Part shown: one piece after another, positions 1-15,600 of the stretch
How positions within the stretch are numbered: the stretch's first letter is position 1
How the letters are laid out: each line of letters begins with the position of its first letter
Assembly (NCBI GenBank): GCA_965285935.1
Contig: OZ260661.1
Location: 55,924,001-55,988,000 of the forward strand
Direction: 5' to 3'
Source of the DNA: Ophelia neglecta
Taxonomy: Eukaryota
Length of the DNA: 64,000 nt
Notes under the pieces: model-generated
Seen by the model: the letters and a program-made list of their open reading frames with translations, nothing else
The model's database searches: none
Told to the model about the DNA's origin: nothing
Position numbers and translations under genes: made by a program

Positions 1-310
1 TCAATACCCAAACCCGAGGGGGAGATATTCTGTACCATCTCATGACAGAGCAGTTGTTATTTGTTTTATTATTATACTGGGTGAAAATGCGCCCTCTGGC
101 GATTGACTTTAAACTATCCTTGAGTGGTGAAGGCGTAGGCTTTCTAGCCTCGGTGCGCGTACTACTAACGCACAGGGTGACATAACTTTGCGCTCCCCGG
201 GAAAATGTTATGTCACCCCGCTGAAACATTTGCTATAAGATTTCAGCCACATCTCATGTGACCCTTAACCAACCAATGGCAATAAGCCATTTTCACCCAG
301 TATATAATAA
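1..310. repeat. End of an inverted-repeat interspersed element
   Basis: Perfect 17-bp inverted repeat TATACTGGGTGAAAATG (73-89) / CATTTTCACCCAGTATA (288-304) around a CpG-rich interior. Confidence 0.5.
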
Positions 311-611
311 ACCAGTATCTCAACATACAAGTAATAACATTCAAACAAGCATTCATGTTCATGTAAATGTACTCCATTGATGCATACACTAAATTCTGAG
401 TGGTAAACACTTTTTATCTAACATCCATGAACAAACTATCCGTCACAAAATGCAACTGACGATTGTATATACAACCAACAACTGTATACAACCAAGCTGG
501 TGTATACACCAGAGACCTCAGTAAATGATTAAAAAACAGGATAATACCTCTACAGTCACTGCTGGTCTCCTATTGCAAAATAAATAAAATTAAAATCAAG
601 AGCAGGCATAG

Positions 612-3600
612 CTAGGGCTTTGTGACGTTATGTTGGTGATTAATAGTGACGAGCATTTTCACATATATTATATACATGTGGTCAAGTCGTGTGTAGTACT
701 TTTCTTGTGACAGTGTACATGTATACGTTGAAGTAGCCATGCAGGTATAATTTTGTGTTTCCGTAGAACATTCCAGTGAGCCAGCCATGCAGACGACACT
801 TTGTCTCCACTTCCGGTACCCACCACTTGGCCATATCAGATAAGGAGCTTTATCTTCTTCTTCGTCGTCCTCCACTTCCACTGTGCAGTGACCTTCGTAG
901 GATTCCTTATTTTTTCCATCCTCTTTTTCTGTGTCATCTTGTTTCATTCGCTTGGTGGCTCTTATGCTGTCTGATGCAATTTTCATTTTGTTTTTCCATG
1001 GACCTTTGTTGGTAATAATTATAGAGTGGAGAGAAGTCAGGGAGCAGGTAAATAAATGATTTGTAGGAAGGCTATAAGCAAAAAGGCTGTAATAGTTAGA
1101 ACTGTAAAGATCTTGTTAGTATAACTGGGGTATCAACAGGTCTCGGCACTAAATTGTAACCGACATCACCAACGATTATTATGACTTTATGGATCTAGCA
1201 GAAATGAAGACTTAACAAAAATTTGTAAAAATTAGTTCCTCTATATATTAATCAAATAGTCATAATGCATCTACTAAAATGGGCTTCAAAAGTATTAAAT
1301 ACACAGCTGAGTTTGGAAAAAATCAGGTAGAATGAAATAAACTTTGAAAGGAAAATATTGATCTGACAGGAAAGATAGATACTGAAATAATAGGGACAAT
1401 ATATGCAGATGAAAAAACTATTTTGTTCCGATTATTTTGACATTCACATGCTGATTGCAACCTCTAAGAAGTGCCATAATTAAGTAAACAGTGAAATGGT
1501 CCACGATTTGAACGAGTTGCTGACCATGATTGTCATGCTGATTGAGTGCGTTTGCATACCTTGGGTGGCATCAATGAAGCCACACCCAGCTTCCTCTGCC
1601 ATTGGTTCTGGCTCATAGCCTTCCTTCATGGCCGCTGCCTTGGCCCTTGTCTTCTCATCTTGATACCACTGAGGCTTGGCAGGGTCAAACTCCGGCAGCC
1701 AGTTCACCTGATAGCCCAGTCGGTTCAGTTCTTCAGGGGTTTTTGGTGCCGGAGGGGGCCTCATCACAGCAGTGTGCTGTCCAGGCCTGTACGACCTGAC
1801 AGCCTTACTGGCAAAGCCCAGGGCCTGCCAGGAAGGTGGTTTAGCCCTTGGCTGGAGCGGTTGTGGGGTACCCTCTGAAGACTGGCTGGGTAGTGGTGGA
1901 GGCTGTGTACCTGCAGGAGGCATCTGGGGCTCAGGAGGGGACAGGTACTTGGAGGAGTTTGAATAAGATGTGCTCTGATTCTTATTACGAGGAGGCTCTT
2001 CATGGGTAGCTGCTGGCAGATATTTTTGAGTAAGAGAGGCCAGTGTTTTCTTTGCTGGGCTGGCAGATGACAGAGGTTCAATAGGAGGTGTAGGTTTTGA
2101 AGCAAGGGACAAGGGAGCTTCAGGGAAGCTTTCCACTTTCTTGTTCTTCACCGGCGAGGGTGGCATCTGCTTCTGACTGAGCACAGAAGACGGTCTGGAA
2201 CACTTGTCATGATTGTATGGATATTGACTACTCTCACTCATCTGAGACAGACTGGCAAAAGGACTGCTCTGTGCTTGTTTGTCCAGATACTGGCTTCTGG
2301 GATATGCAGGAGGCTTCATTTCTGATGGGGGTGGAGGCGGAGAGTAGCCTTCCTCTTCCTCTTCAAACTCATCTGTTTCCTCATTGTAATGCGACTCTTG
2401 GCCACTGCTTTGCTCCACACTGTACTGAAGTGCTAACTGCCTCAATGAGCCTCGCAGGTTACCATAATCCAAGCTGCCCTGAGTTACCTGGGACTTTTGC
2501 CCACCACCTTGGTATAGCTCACCTTGTTCAGACATGTCCTCCTCTGGCACATCTTCAGATGACCCACTTGCAGGGTCTAACAACTCTACAGAAACCAAGG
2601 AAAGGGGGTTAAACTTAGAACAAGTTCTAATAGCCCCAATTGTAAATGCCTTCTAGCCAAACAATTTATAATATATTTGTCGAAAGTGGCAGACATGAGC
2701 AAACATAAAGCACAGGACTTTATTTTCACTAAACAAGTACATGTACAAGTTCTGTAAATTCCCAGTACATGCACATGTACATATTTAAAAGGCCTGCATC
2801 ATAGTTCTCTAATAAATTCTGTTTTTTTTTTGTTTAAAATCCAAACTTGTGTTTGTCATGTAGCTGTTGAAGAATTTGGCTGTAAGGCATGAAAAGGTTA
2901 ATGGCTTTATGAAAGAATATACCAAAAATTAGTTTGTTAATAACTATTACTCTTAGCACTAAATAACACTATAAAGGAAGTTCAAAATTTAAAAAAGCAA
3001 CAATCTAAATTACTGTGTGTATAATGAATAAAGTTTCTAACTATTGTCTTTGAGAGACAAGTATTTGATTGTCAGTTCATGGATACACTTTGACAGGTTA
3101 TTAAAAAAGGATTTGATAGATCAAATCCACTTTGGATTAATATTGCCATTATTCCTGCTCTTATGTAATATTTACATTCCCAATCTGCTAAACAATCTAT
3201 GCAAAACAAACTTTGTACATTGTATCAATATTGTTATCAATAACTGATACTTTGACAAATGGGTCTTTTCAAAAGGTTCATTGTACCTTTTATTTCTCAT
3301 GTTTAGGTCACATTTGTAGCAACATTGAATTATGCACTGACTAGAAAATTGCATAAATATAATATTATGCAAGTTAAGATTAGAGTCATCAAGTTGATGC
3401 TTTTTCATCCTTCATATATTTTTTTAAAAAGCAAACAGTTATCTACCAGGGTTTCCATGAAATGGTTGAAGAAAATATAGTTTTTCACCCTTGCTATTTT
3501 TACTGATAGCCAGTGGATATATTCAGAAAGAAAAGTGTGAACTGTCAATCAAATAATTGTTGTGACATTTTTTAACATTATACTAAGTCTTATACGACAG

Positions 3601-6600
3601 AGAATAAACATGTAAAAGATAGAAAAGTAGGAAGCATATTTACAAGTATAATAATAATTTTAATAAACCTATTAACAAAGAAAATACTTTTGTTATCAAT
3701 AAAATATTAAATAGGTCCAATCCAACACCAGGGAGGCTAGATTATTAAAAACTGCATCATTTCTGATTCGCAATTTTATATAGGTATTCATACTTTTTCT
3801 GTCTATTTAGTTAGCTAGAGATGAAAGGTGGGTGAAAACAAGCATGAACATGCAGTTTGATATGAATTGATCAGGTGTAAATAAATGGTGTAGCCTCAGT
3901 ACATACAGCTTACCATTTTAATCATTTATCGCCCATTCAAGGTGAAAAGTCCAATCATTTTTATATAGTACTCAATCTTGAAAATTGTCTGCTAAGCAGC
4001 AAAATGTACACATTCATGCACATTATAAACAGATGGTGATATTTGTGATTGAATTCCTACTATTACAATTACTAGGAAGGTGTACAACTCATCAGATGAT
4101 AAAACAAATACTGGTAAAAGAGTGCAAGCAAGACTAGGCATGTGACTATAGGTGATACAGACTACTTAGTGCGAGTTGGTCAAACATTGGAAAATCTATC
4201 ATAAGGCATCGATCAGTGCTGAGAGCAGATCTGGGGGTGGCCATTGTATAGGCTTCGACTTCAGGCATGTGCCTTTCGACCACATCTGTGAGAATTCATA
4301 CAAGGAACTATAGTTTCTATATGATTCAAGATTGAGCATTTATGGTTTTGTTATTAATGTTTGTAAAGGTATTTAAAAACATTATTATTTACTTTTTTAT
4401 ATCCATGAATAAAAGCAGCATTTTTTTAATACTCTGAGTAACCAAAGCGTCATCTAACAGTTTTAATGACACCTTTACAAAGAAATTGTAATCATAGGGT
4501 TCAGGAACATCATGAAAATAAGTTTTTCCAGTTAAACTTTTATTCGGTCGCTTTTCACATAACTATTGTAGAGGTTCATGTTCATGTATGTATACTAATT
4601 GCCACTTTTTGTAATATTGGTATGATACTAACTGATGTGGATGTATTCAATAAATTAGCTTAAATGAGGTGCTATTTTAATATGAAAATCTTTATATAAA
4701 GTATGCCTTTTCAGTGATCAAAATAAATCAAATAATAATATAAAATAAATTACAGCAATCACCACCCCAATCAAAAGATCACTACAACATTCCACCATTC
4801 AAAATGTGTACCAAATGCAGTCATAGTTATAGTGATATAAAAACTGTTGTGATCAAAGTGAATCCATGCTTTTTTTGGGATGCTCCAGTGATATTGCTAC
4901 AATGCCCACCATCTTGGCAGTATGAAGTCTGTTACATGTACCTTGCTCATCCTCAGGATGAGTTTCTAGGATATTTGGTTTACTCATGTCCTCATTGGTC
5001 AGGTCAAAGGTCGTAACTGTCTGTCCAGGGCCATCCATTGACTGATCAGGTGACTGAGTCTGTTGGTCTGTATGATGGTGCAACATTCAAATTTAGATCA
5101 AACCCACACAAGCACACTAACTCTTGAGTATAAATGCACTGGTTTTAAAATCCATGCAGGGTTTAATGACCTGGATCACATCCAAATGCAGGATGGGTGA
5201 ATGTGAAACTCCATGAAATGGACGAAGCCTACACATAAGATTGAAAAACTCATTGCTTTATTCTGAAATCAGATTTCTTAACACTGTGGTGCCCTCAGAA
5301 ATTCTGCATTTGTGCAGGGAAACCTAACCTTTTTTTTTTTTTTTTTTTTTTTTTAAAAACCAATTTGCTGCCAAAAGTAATATGGCAAAAGTTGCCCTGT
5401 GCATAGTTCAATACTAATGTGACTGATTACAGTTCAACTTCAGACATTATATTTAAACTGAAAAGTAGCACGCATAAGAAATGCCAAAATGTATTGCTTC
5501 CATAGGAAACTTCAAATTGTTTGAGGGTCGACGACTGGTTGGCGATATTTTTGTATCAAATGCACTGATACATTAACATACATCTGAAACCGGCAGTGTT
5601 AGATTCTGCACCTGGGGCTATAAAAAAGCTTATTTTTTTCTTTTATACTTTATATTTTAAAAAGAGGACAGTCTGCAGTCTGAACAATATTAATTTTGTA
5701 CAATAACTTTTTCTCTTGGAAGCAAGAATCTATACCCAATGGTCAACACTGCCTTTCTTTAGTAGTATATATATAAAAGACCTCTGGAATGAGGACTTTT
5801 ATATGAGCTAACAGTTGAACACAAAATTATTGTTACACCAGCTGAAGTTAATACCAATGAAACTTTTCAATAAATACTGCAGCTAGTCAGAAGAAGTAAG
5901 GGATGTATACTAAAAGAAAAGGGAGACATACTGAAACATTTATTCAGCCTGGAATAGGGGGAAATAAATGGTGGAATGATAAATAAAAGTTAGCTTTTAG
6001 ACGTAGGCCTCATAATGGAAAAAACAAACCTTGATTTCCTCAGATGCCTAGGGTTCCCCTAAATGAATTGCCACATTCCAAGACATTTACCAGATACTAG
6101 ACGTGTATTCATATGGTATGAATGTTTTCTGCATCATGTTACATGTACCGCACCATTCTTTTAGTCCTGGACATTTGGATTAAATGTAAACTTTTCATTT
6201 CTTACCTCCCTCTCTGACTTCAATGAATTCTCTGTACAGGTCGTCATCATCTGATCTTATATCAACAGGGGGCAGCACTATATGTCGTGTAGACAAAGGC
6301 AACTGCACCTCCATCTCATTGGACATCTTGGGACTGCCACCTCCTTGAAACAAGACAAATTAATAATGTGAATATCATTTCATTTTATTAACGAAAATTA
6401 AAGTATTATATAATTATCACAAGGATGAACAACTTACATATTATCACTATAAAATAAGTCTTAAAAGGAGAAATGTTTCCTAACCATTGAGAAAAAATGA
6501 TTAAAACAAACTTTTTCTGATATAGATTGTACATGTAAATGTGTGGGGACAGTATATTATCATTCATTTGATATTTCGTAACTGAAATCTAAAAACGTGA

Positions 6601-9600
6601 TTAAGCCAAGAAAATACATACTGCTTGATTTTGAGGCATTGCTTTTTTTCTTTTTCTTTTTTACCCTATCATGCAGGTAAAACCTCAGTGTATTGGAAAC
6701 TGATGATTTCTCACTTTGCCTTATATGGAAGGGCTTCACAGTAGCTACTGGCAAATGTCTACGATATGGTGTTTCTTGCCACATGGTACAGGGAGTTAGT
6801 CAACAGGCAGACGTTTACATGCAAATCTCATTTATCCCAACTGCAATGGCACATTTCCTTAGCATGGGATCTTTTAAACACATGGTCTCTACAGGTCTCA
6901 ACTGTGACACCCACCGGTACATGTATAACCCCTACACCTCAGGCAGCATACAGTAATCCTTGCGAGACAAATAATGGCACATGTCTAGCTTTATACTTAA
7001 TATAAAAATGGCACATGTATACCACACTATATCCTAACAAGGCATATGGCACAAGAACAATCTCTGCTAGAAAACTGGCACACATTTGGCATATTTCTGC
7101 AATTCTTTTCACATGGTGAATATTTCATTAAGGAACTAGCTAACAAGTGTTAACATTTATTAAATTAATATCAATTTTCATTTTGTAAGTCCTATCTGGT
7201 GCATGCATGATCATACACAATCCCCACACTCCACAGCTTCCTGTTCCTGGTATAAGTATCTACAGACGTATCTTCATATCTACATGTAGTAAGCAACGCT
7301 CGACATACAAGTAGTTATTTTGGCCCTTTTGGTCATATTTCATTGCCATAACCATGTGGATCCAGCAGCATTATACAGAGCAAAGTCAAAATTCAGCGGA
7401 AAAACAAAGTTTTATCCCTGACAGAGCCATTGACTCTTAAACTCATGAAAATTGTAAACTGTAGAAGTAAACTGTAATCCCCATTTGATCTCCTCAACCT
7501 CCTTAATGTGTTAACAATGTGCCTTGCCAGGTGGCGGTAACAAATGGCCAGGTTAAACAAACTCGTTACTCCACATTAAGTGACCATGACTGGTATTGTT
7601 AATTCGTAACAGTAGCATGTCTTCCTACAAGCTGGTTAGGAACGGAAGTACACCGGCTTGTGTACCAGCTGGTTACCATGAGCTCCCGTATTAGTGTACA
7701 AGTCCTTAAAAAGGAGGTCAATTTAAACCAGGAGAAGGCTGTGTACACAATGTATTATGGTTGCCAGCTTGGCTGACAATAATGGCACATTTGAAGTGGC
7801 AGATCCCTCAGTGTTCCACCGACGTGAAAGATTACCTTTAAAATACTTTGCTCACTAACCAAGTAGTGTCTGGACTTCAGCCAACATACACATATCATCC
7901 TTTATCCTTCAATAGAAGCTTTACACTATCCATTTAATCCAATGCATGAACATGTAAACTGCCTGAAATAAGGCACAGAAAATCTGGGCTCTTATGTAGA
8001 AATAAAGTAAATAAAAACCCCAAACATTACATAGAAGTTCTTAAACTAGAAAAAGGACAAAACACTTGATCAGTCATAGCACAGGGGATTGTTTTGATGT
8101 GTGCTGCATTCTTTGTAAACTTTAACCTTTTGTGGGATAATTACTTATGGGTATGTGTTTGGATTGAATTAATACATGCATGATCATGATTGAGCGGTTT
8201 AGGGGAATCAGTAATATCTACAATTCTAAAAGATACAATCTATAAGTTTAATAACTAAACAAGCTAGCTCACAAAAAATACAATAATATAATCTAGAGCT
8301 TATTATATAGATTTTCAATTAAATCTAAATTAAATGGTTATATATACCTTAACTATTATAAGTTTCTGTTGGTTCATGTAATAAGTTAAATGATCATTCT
8401 GATCAAAGGATAAGGCTTGTTAAGTCTTTGTTGTGGCAAAAAATGCCAATAAATAGTCTGTGTTGCCCTATATTGACAAGATTAACCACCGTTGGGGGTT
8501 CAAGTTGTGTTTTTGGCAATGTAATCCCCTGCGCTTTGATGTTCATAAGATGGTCTTAAAGCACTTGTACAAGTGGATAATATTTGTGTTACTGGGATGG
8601 AATTTTATTTTGACAGGTGAGTGATTGGTGACTATAGGGATCAAGAGGTTCAGGAGATTGTCAATAACACAAATCATCAAGCGCTATTTAGTGCATCTAG
8701 TAACAACCACATGGTACACAGATCACATCCTAATCAATCTTCATAGCTCTGCTGTGAACACACACAATTCAACACATTTTATTATGGTTTTGCTTGCTAT
8801 GCGACGAGGCATTTTATACGCAGATTGTTTTTTCAAAGATCCATTCATTTGTATTTGATTTGTGATTGAAAAAGATTGATACAAAAATTTGGAAACAAGT
8901 TAAACTGCATACAAGATAAACACAACAATTACTGTTACAATTTTATCTTGGCTTCCACTCTTCAAAAGAATACTTAGGAGTCTAATTGGTACCTTAAGGA
9001 TTGTCACCCCCCCCCCCCCAAACCCCACTCATCAAATTGATTATTTGTCCTCTTTTTACCTTTTTACATTTGTCCTGGAGGTCTTAATTAGACAAATATT
9101 GCCTTTGACAACATTTTTCACAGTTTCAACTTGATGTAAGTTTCTCACTTTCTACAAAGCCGCAATTGTTAACAGGCTAAAGACTTGCACCCCATCACAA
9201 CAACCCAACAACCAGTACACGTTACAGTAGTTTAACAAGGGGAGTAGTATAGTAACAAACCTGAAGGCACTGCAGCTACTACCACTTTGTAGGGGAAGTC
9301 CGCCTGGCAGCCTTCTATCACCACCTTACACCGGTCACTGTTCTCTTCAGGGACAACCTGCGGAAAAAACAGAGATGTTAACTTTAATATCAACAAAGCT
9401 ACACATAATGTCTGACAATAATATTAGTTTAGACATTCATACTTCTACTAAAATTAATTGACATACACAGGTATAGAATGAGGAAGAAAATTTTACTATA
9501 TATTAGGTAAAGTTCATTTTATTTCTCCCATTTATCATGTTTATTGGTTGCTTATACTTTTATGTCGGAATGAATTGTGTCAATATTTTTCACATACAAA

Positions 9601-12600
9601 TGTTTTGGCATATATTATTATATATGACAAAGTTTCACCACACTTATCCAGCTTAACTTTCAAACATTTCTACAAACTATAACAAGGACAGATGATTTCT
9701 TCTTACCAGCTGGAAACTCTTGAGAAATCAAATTAAAATATATTTTTTAAACTTACCATTCATATTAAGAATAAAATAGTACCTGGTTGCCACACATCTG
9801 TCCATTGAGATAGACCCGGTAGCCTTCAATGGGGTTGTGTGGGGTGGAGATGGACATCCAGACAATCGCCATGGCGTCAGGCTTCTCGGTGACCTCCAAT
9901 GATAACACTGGGCCTCCAGCACTGGTCGTCTGCACACATTTCATTGCCTTAAATAATAAATAAACAGCTTAAATGTTCATGTACTTCTTACCCTGGTATT
10001 TCTCTTTGCATATCCCAGCACATTTCTGTGTTTTTTTTAAAATCTCCCTCATAACATAATACATTAAAACTTAATTGTATGCCAATGATATATATCATCT
10101 TATGGTAATAATTTATCTCACTTTTCACCCTAGTTACATTAACTATTGAAACTGAATCTGAATGCACACATCAAACTACAGCCACCAGAATTAATTGTCA
10201 GTTTAAACTAACTTTCGGCTCTCTAACGTAAGTTGCAATGCTCACCAGTTTGTTTGATTTGTGAGGAAGGAACATAGAGTCAATGGGGTAGACCTCCAGT
10301 ACAACCTCGTACATACGGCCTCCAGCCAACCCAGAGATATTGACAGAGTTGTATATGGGTGGAAACTGGGCGCAGTAGGACACTCCATTCAGGTACACCT
10401 TACAGAATATAGAATATAAACATTTTATCATATCAATGCATTCGCCAAATAATATATATTTGTATTTTGAATTTTTCAAACATTAAGAACAATGCATAAT
10501 TAATTTCCAGTTTGTTGAGACCTTTCCCTTCATGCCTTTAATGGTCTGAGAATAATTAGCAGTACCTGATAGGATCTGATTAAATGTCTTGACTCCTCTG
10601 GAGGGGGGTCCCAAAACACCTCCAGTGTGCCACTCTGGGTAAACACTCCCTTGATGGTAGGCACACAGTTCCACCAGTGCCAGCGGTCAGGCTGTCACGG
10701 TAAAAGTAGAGCATTTAAAATTGAATATCAAAACAGCGAAAATGAAAAGTAGAAGAAAAACCGAAAAAGAAAAAGGACAGGAAATAAAAAAAGAACAATA
10801 TGAGTGTCATAAGCAAAACATGAGAGCATGGTTTGGAGATTGAAACAAAGGTAATCATGAACTAAATTACTAATTCTACATGATTTTATCCTATCAGTTT
10901 ATAGGTGATCAACCTTGGGACAAGATATTCACTTACATCCTCTTTTTCCGGTTCAGGTTCTGGCTCAGGCTCTGACTCATCATCCGCTCCGGTCAACACC
11001 CACAGCCGTCTGTAGTAAAGAGGAGAGTTATCTGTTTAACATCTGTGAGGTTTAAAACAAATACTTACTCACAGCTATTTCCTCAAATCTACACATAAAT
11101 TAAAAAATACATAATATGGGCACAAGCATAATCAGTAGTAAACATTTAAATTATATAGTGTCCAAAAGTTTGTTGATGTATTGATAGAGGAGGGCCATGA
11201 CTCTATGTTGGGTGAGATAATACCATTTTATGGTGGTAGGACCTTTTTGAGGCTACTCAAAAGGATATAAAAACTTTCCTTGGAATAGCAGAAAAACCAT
11301 TCTGTAAACCCTACTTGATCCTTTATACGAGGAGTGAGCAATAGTGAGCAAAGACCAAAGTGGTGCGCCTGTCCCAAAACATGCCATATGTACTACATGA
11401 ACGCATAATACTGATTATATTTGGATAAGCATTTTGTTTTTGGGTTTACCTTGATGTAAAGACTTCACTGTTAGTGTAGTTGGTGGCCACAGCCATTGCA
11501 CGCACAAAACACAGCCCAGATTTCTTCAAGACACATCCTTTGTTAGAATCATACACCTGAACAAGGAAGACAGTTATATTATCAAACACAGTCCAGAGTA
11601 TTTACAAAAAAAAATAATTTGGAATTGCTATCACTTTTCAAGTTATAAGACTAGGTAAATATCATAATCTTATAAACATATGCCCAATTTTCTAGGTTTT
11701 GTTCCTTGTTGCAGAACACATCATATTTTGTAATGATATTAATACAATTTGCTTGAACTGTTAATTATAACGTACTTAGCAATCATTGTGTTACTAAAAC
11801 TTACTATCATATTGGTGCAATATCAAAAGAAAAAAAAAGGAAACAAATTCCAAAATGGGGTAAATACCTCATTTTTCTAGGAAAAGGGGTTAAAAAATAT
11901 CAGCTGGGACTGAGGAATATAATATGAATTTTAAAAGAAATTTGACTGAGATTTTAAAGTGGGATTTGAGATTTTAAGTGGTTTTTATCTATCTACCATC
12001 CTGGTCAAGATTTTGAAGAGTAATTTAAATAAGAAACATCAAAACAGGCATCTCGACAAATAAATGAAAACCTTTAAAATTCTGACAATGAAAATATAAT
12101 AAAATATAAAGAAAAAAAAAGGTAAAGTGTATGAGAACATTTGAATGCACTATACATGAAGACAACGATTATGCTTACTTGCTGTGATTTTCACATTTGA
12201 AAAGGAAAAAAGCAGGTTTTATTGCAGGTTTGTTTTAATGGTTAGAATACTGCAAATAATAGTGGCAATGTCAGTTCTAATTTTCTAAAATTTGAACCGA
12301 TAAATATTAATTTATTTTTATGACAAATCACGGTTTCTCATCTAGACTCTAGAGCATTGGACTTTTTACCTTATCAGCATCCAAATTTTCAAACACATTA
12401 CTGGGCAAATTACCAGATCTCTTCAACCACACATATGGCTGGTTTATGATGTACTTATTCTTCTGTTATTACGTGCAATAGACAATAGATACAGATATAA
12501 ATTCATTTCTTACCTTAGCAGTGAGTTTCTGTGGTTCCGGGGCAGTCCCGTCTAGTGTGTAGTAAATAATGGCCCCTGGTGTGTCACAGTGTAACTTGAC

Positions 12601-15600
12601 CACAGCAAACTTGTCCATGGTGGTACTTGTCATATCACCAACAATGGTAGGAGTCTTCACCTTGGTGTCTGTTTATTTGAAATATATACTGATATAATCC
12701 ATTTAAATGAGCCAATCAAATATAAATCAGGACATATTAACTGAATTCTCATACAAATGACTGGCAGTGTAGAAGCAGCAATGTCCCTTCAATGTTCAAG
12801 ATTCCGAAGAAGGTAACTTGCAGGATTAACTTTTATATAAAACATGTTTCTTACCCTCATCTAGAACATGAATATTTCCAGCATATCCCGGTGCACCCTG
12901 GGAGGCTACACAAAATTTTCCAGGCTCTTCAAAGGTATACAAAAATGAGTTCTGGGGTACTGGCCGGCCACTGTTAAACGACAAGTCTCCTTGTATCACA
13001 CCTAGGGGGGCCTATGCTCAAAAATGATAAAATAATACTGTAGCCATGTAATTAAACAAATTAAGCCCATTACTCAAGGCTTGGCAATAGATGGCCTTGA
13101 AGCTAGACAGGAAATAAGATCACTGCCTGCTCAGCCAAACCCACCCCTCTCTGTCTTGCCCACTAATACACACTGTGTGTGTGTTAGCCATCTGACCATT
13201 CCTTTTCTCTATCATTTCTTTCAAGATGATTTTAATGTTAGACGACCTTGACAGATGACCTTCAAATGGACACAGTTCTTTGTGTCATCACTGATCATTT
13301 TTTCTCATCATAATGCACTTATTTGCTCACATAGGTGCAGTGTGACTTAAAAATATCAAGAATCAATGACAATATAAGGACCTCATTCATTGTCTTCTGT
13401 CAAGGACCTCTTCCCATTCCTGAATACTGTGTTAGCCATCAAAAATTTATAACATCAGTTCCAAAACAAAATTAATTAGAAGAAGATAATTTTTTTGAAG
13501 TTTTCAAATATGATCTAGTAAGACTTGTCATTTGATTATAATTATATAATCAAAAATACTAAATCCACTTTTTGTCGTATTTCACCAGGTCTTGTGTCCA
13601 GAGCTATACATTTGACTTACATCGCTGTTAGGGTTGTTGACATGTATAATGTTATGTGCCTCGTCCCCACTCTCCTTCCATGTCCACAGGACGCTCTGTC
13701 CCTTGATGATCGTGATTTGATCAGGGTGAAAACCCTTCGAGTCAATTCTCACCACGGCACTGTCACTCAGCTCGTCAACCAATACACTACTGATACGAGT
13801 CTCATCGCTGCGGGTCTGAAGCAAAAATAACCACAATACCATATGAATCCTGAATTTATATTTCTTTACTAAAAGTTGTTTAATTTTGGAACATTCTTCA
13901 GGATTTTACTCAGGTTAATATAATCAATGTTGTATTTTCATAATTTACTCACCTCTTGTGATCTTTTGCCCTGTTTTAGGAAAGATTTACTGGTATAGTG
14001 AAACACCCCCTTGTCTGTGAACAGCTTGTTCATACTGCGTCTGAAGTATTAATCATAAATAATAAAAATCACAGCTGTTACAAAGAGTGGCTTGAAAGTA
14101 GGAGCAAAAAATTACCCTCTAAATTTCTAAAAATAAAACTGCTTCAACCCCTTACTATTCAAGCAGTATCCAGAAGGAAAAAATGTAAAACCATGGTTTG
14201 TATTTTATATGAATGTTAAGCATATTTATGGCAAAACCATTTGAGTTAAGAAAACCATGAGCAAGCTCACCTTGGAGGGACCACTGACGAGTTGAACTGG
14301 GCGTCAAGGACCTGATCGACGGTGTCCACCTGCTGTACATTGTGTTGTTTGAGACCCCTGAAGGTCCAGGCGACCACATCATTGACATTGATGGGGACGG
14401 GGTCTGGGTCTATGGCAGTCCCGCTCACCTGAATCTCATGGACCTCTGGCTGAGAGGTCACCACAATGGCGCCGAAGGATTTAGCCAGGGCATCACTGAA
14501 GTTACAGGGAAAAAAATGCATAAACATATCTTTAATTATGTCATACCAATGTTGTGTAAATTATCAGATATAATTTCATAATAATCACTGAAGCATTTGG
14601 AGAAAGCTTTAGGTATGCAGAGTCTCTACCTGACATAGTAGTATACCCCAGTAGTATCAAACTGGCACATGTAAGCACTGGGGCTGTCGGTGGGAGCTCC
14701 ACTACAGAAACCCTTTGGGATGTGCTTGCCTTGGTGGGAAACCTGTGAAAGACAGATATTCATACAGAATAAGATAGATAAATGCAACAATTGAAATTAT
14801 TTTAAATACGACAATTTAAATTATTTTGCACCCCAATCAATCTTTAGTCATAAAACAGATACAGCATAAACGTGAACCCTGAAGTATCTGCCAAATAAGG
14901 GCTAACAAAGTTGATGTCAGAAATTGTGTTGGACAAACAGTCTTTGGGTAACGGCTAATGGGTAACTTGATGATAAGGCTTATATTCAAAGTTACTAAAT
15001 ATAAAGGCTAGAACAATATTTGAATGTTATTCTTTAGTAGTCAAATAAGCAAATACATCAGTTGGCCTTTGGTTAGTTGCAGGAAATAATATTTGAGTTG
15101 TGGCACAGAAAAACAAAGCAATAGAAAACTAGGATAACTACTTGGGCATACTTAAGTTGCTTCAAACAGTGAATATACTCATTGTCCATAAAAACATGTT
15201 GGCTGGAACTGAAACTATGTCCACAACATGACTTCTTCACACAATAAAGGAGTATTTAAGCACCCTAGTCTACTGCGCAACTACATGTATCACGATGTCA
15301 TGTACGTGTATTCAGTATTTACTGCCAAGTTTCTAAGACAGCATGGTTCAAAGAGGATGTTTAATTTCTTGACTATTAATTCCAATGTTTGCTCATCAAA
15401 TAAGACTTTTTCTCTGAGGATTGCTTTGGAGGTAAACGCAGAAAAAAGTCAGATCCAAATGCAGTTAGCAATAAGGAAATGAAATATTTACACTGACTGA
15501 ACTGCACGATCAAGATATTGACGATTTTGCTGGGTAGGCCATAGCCAACGTACGACTTGACTCGACAGCAAAAAGCTACCAGTGTTCAAATACAAGAATC

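Noticed and set aside
548-569. Possible 22-nt micro-exon on the minus strand (tag|...gag|gta)
   Set aside because: Splice signals are plausible, but the frame and partner exons cannot be established within the window.
1546-2612. Antisense and alternative-frame ORFs over the Pro-rich exon (also at 39739-40466)
   Set aside because: Shadows of GC-rich coding exons.
5329-5354. Homopolymer runs (also poly-C/G/A elsewhere)
   Set aside because: Ordinary simple repeats with no TSD or retro-element context.
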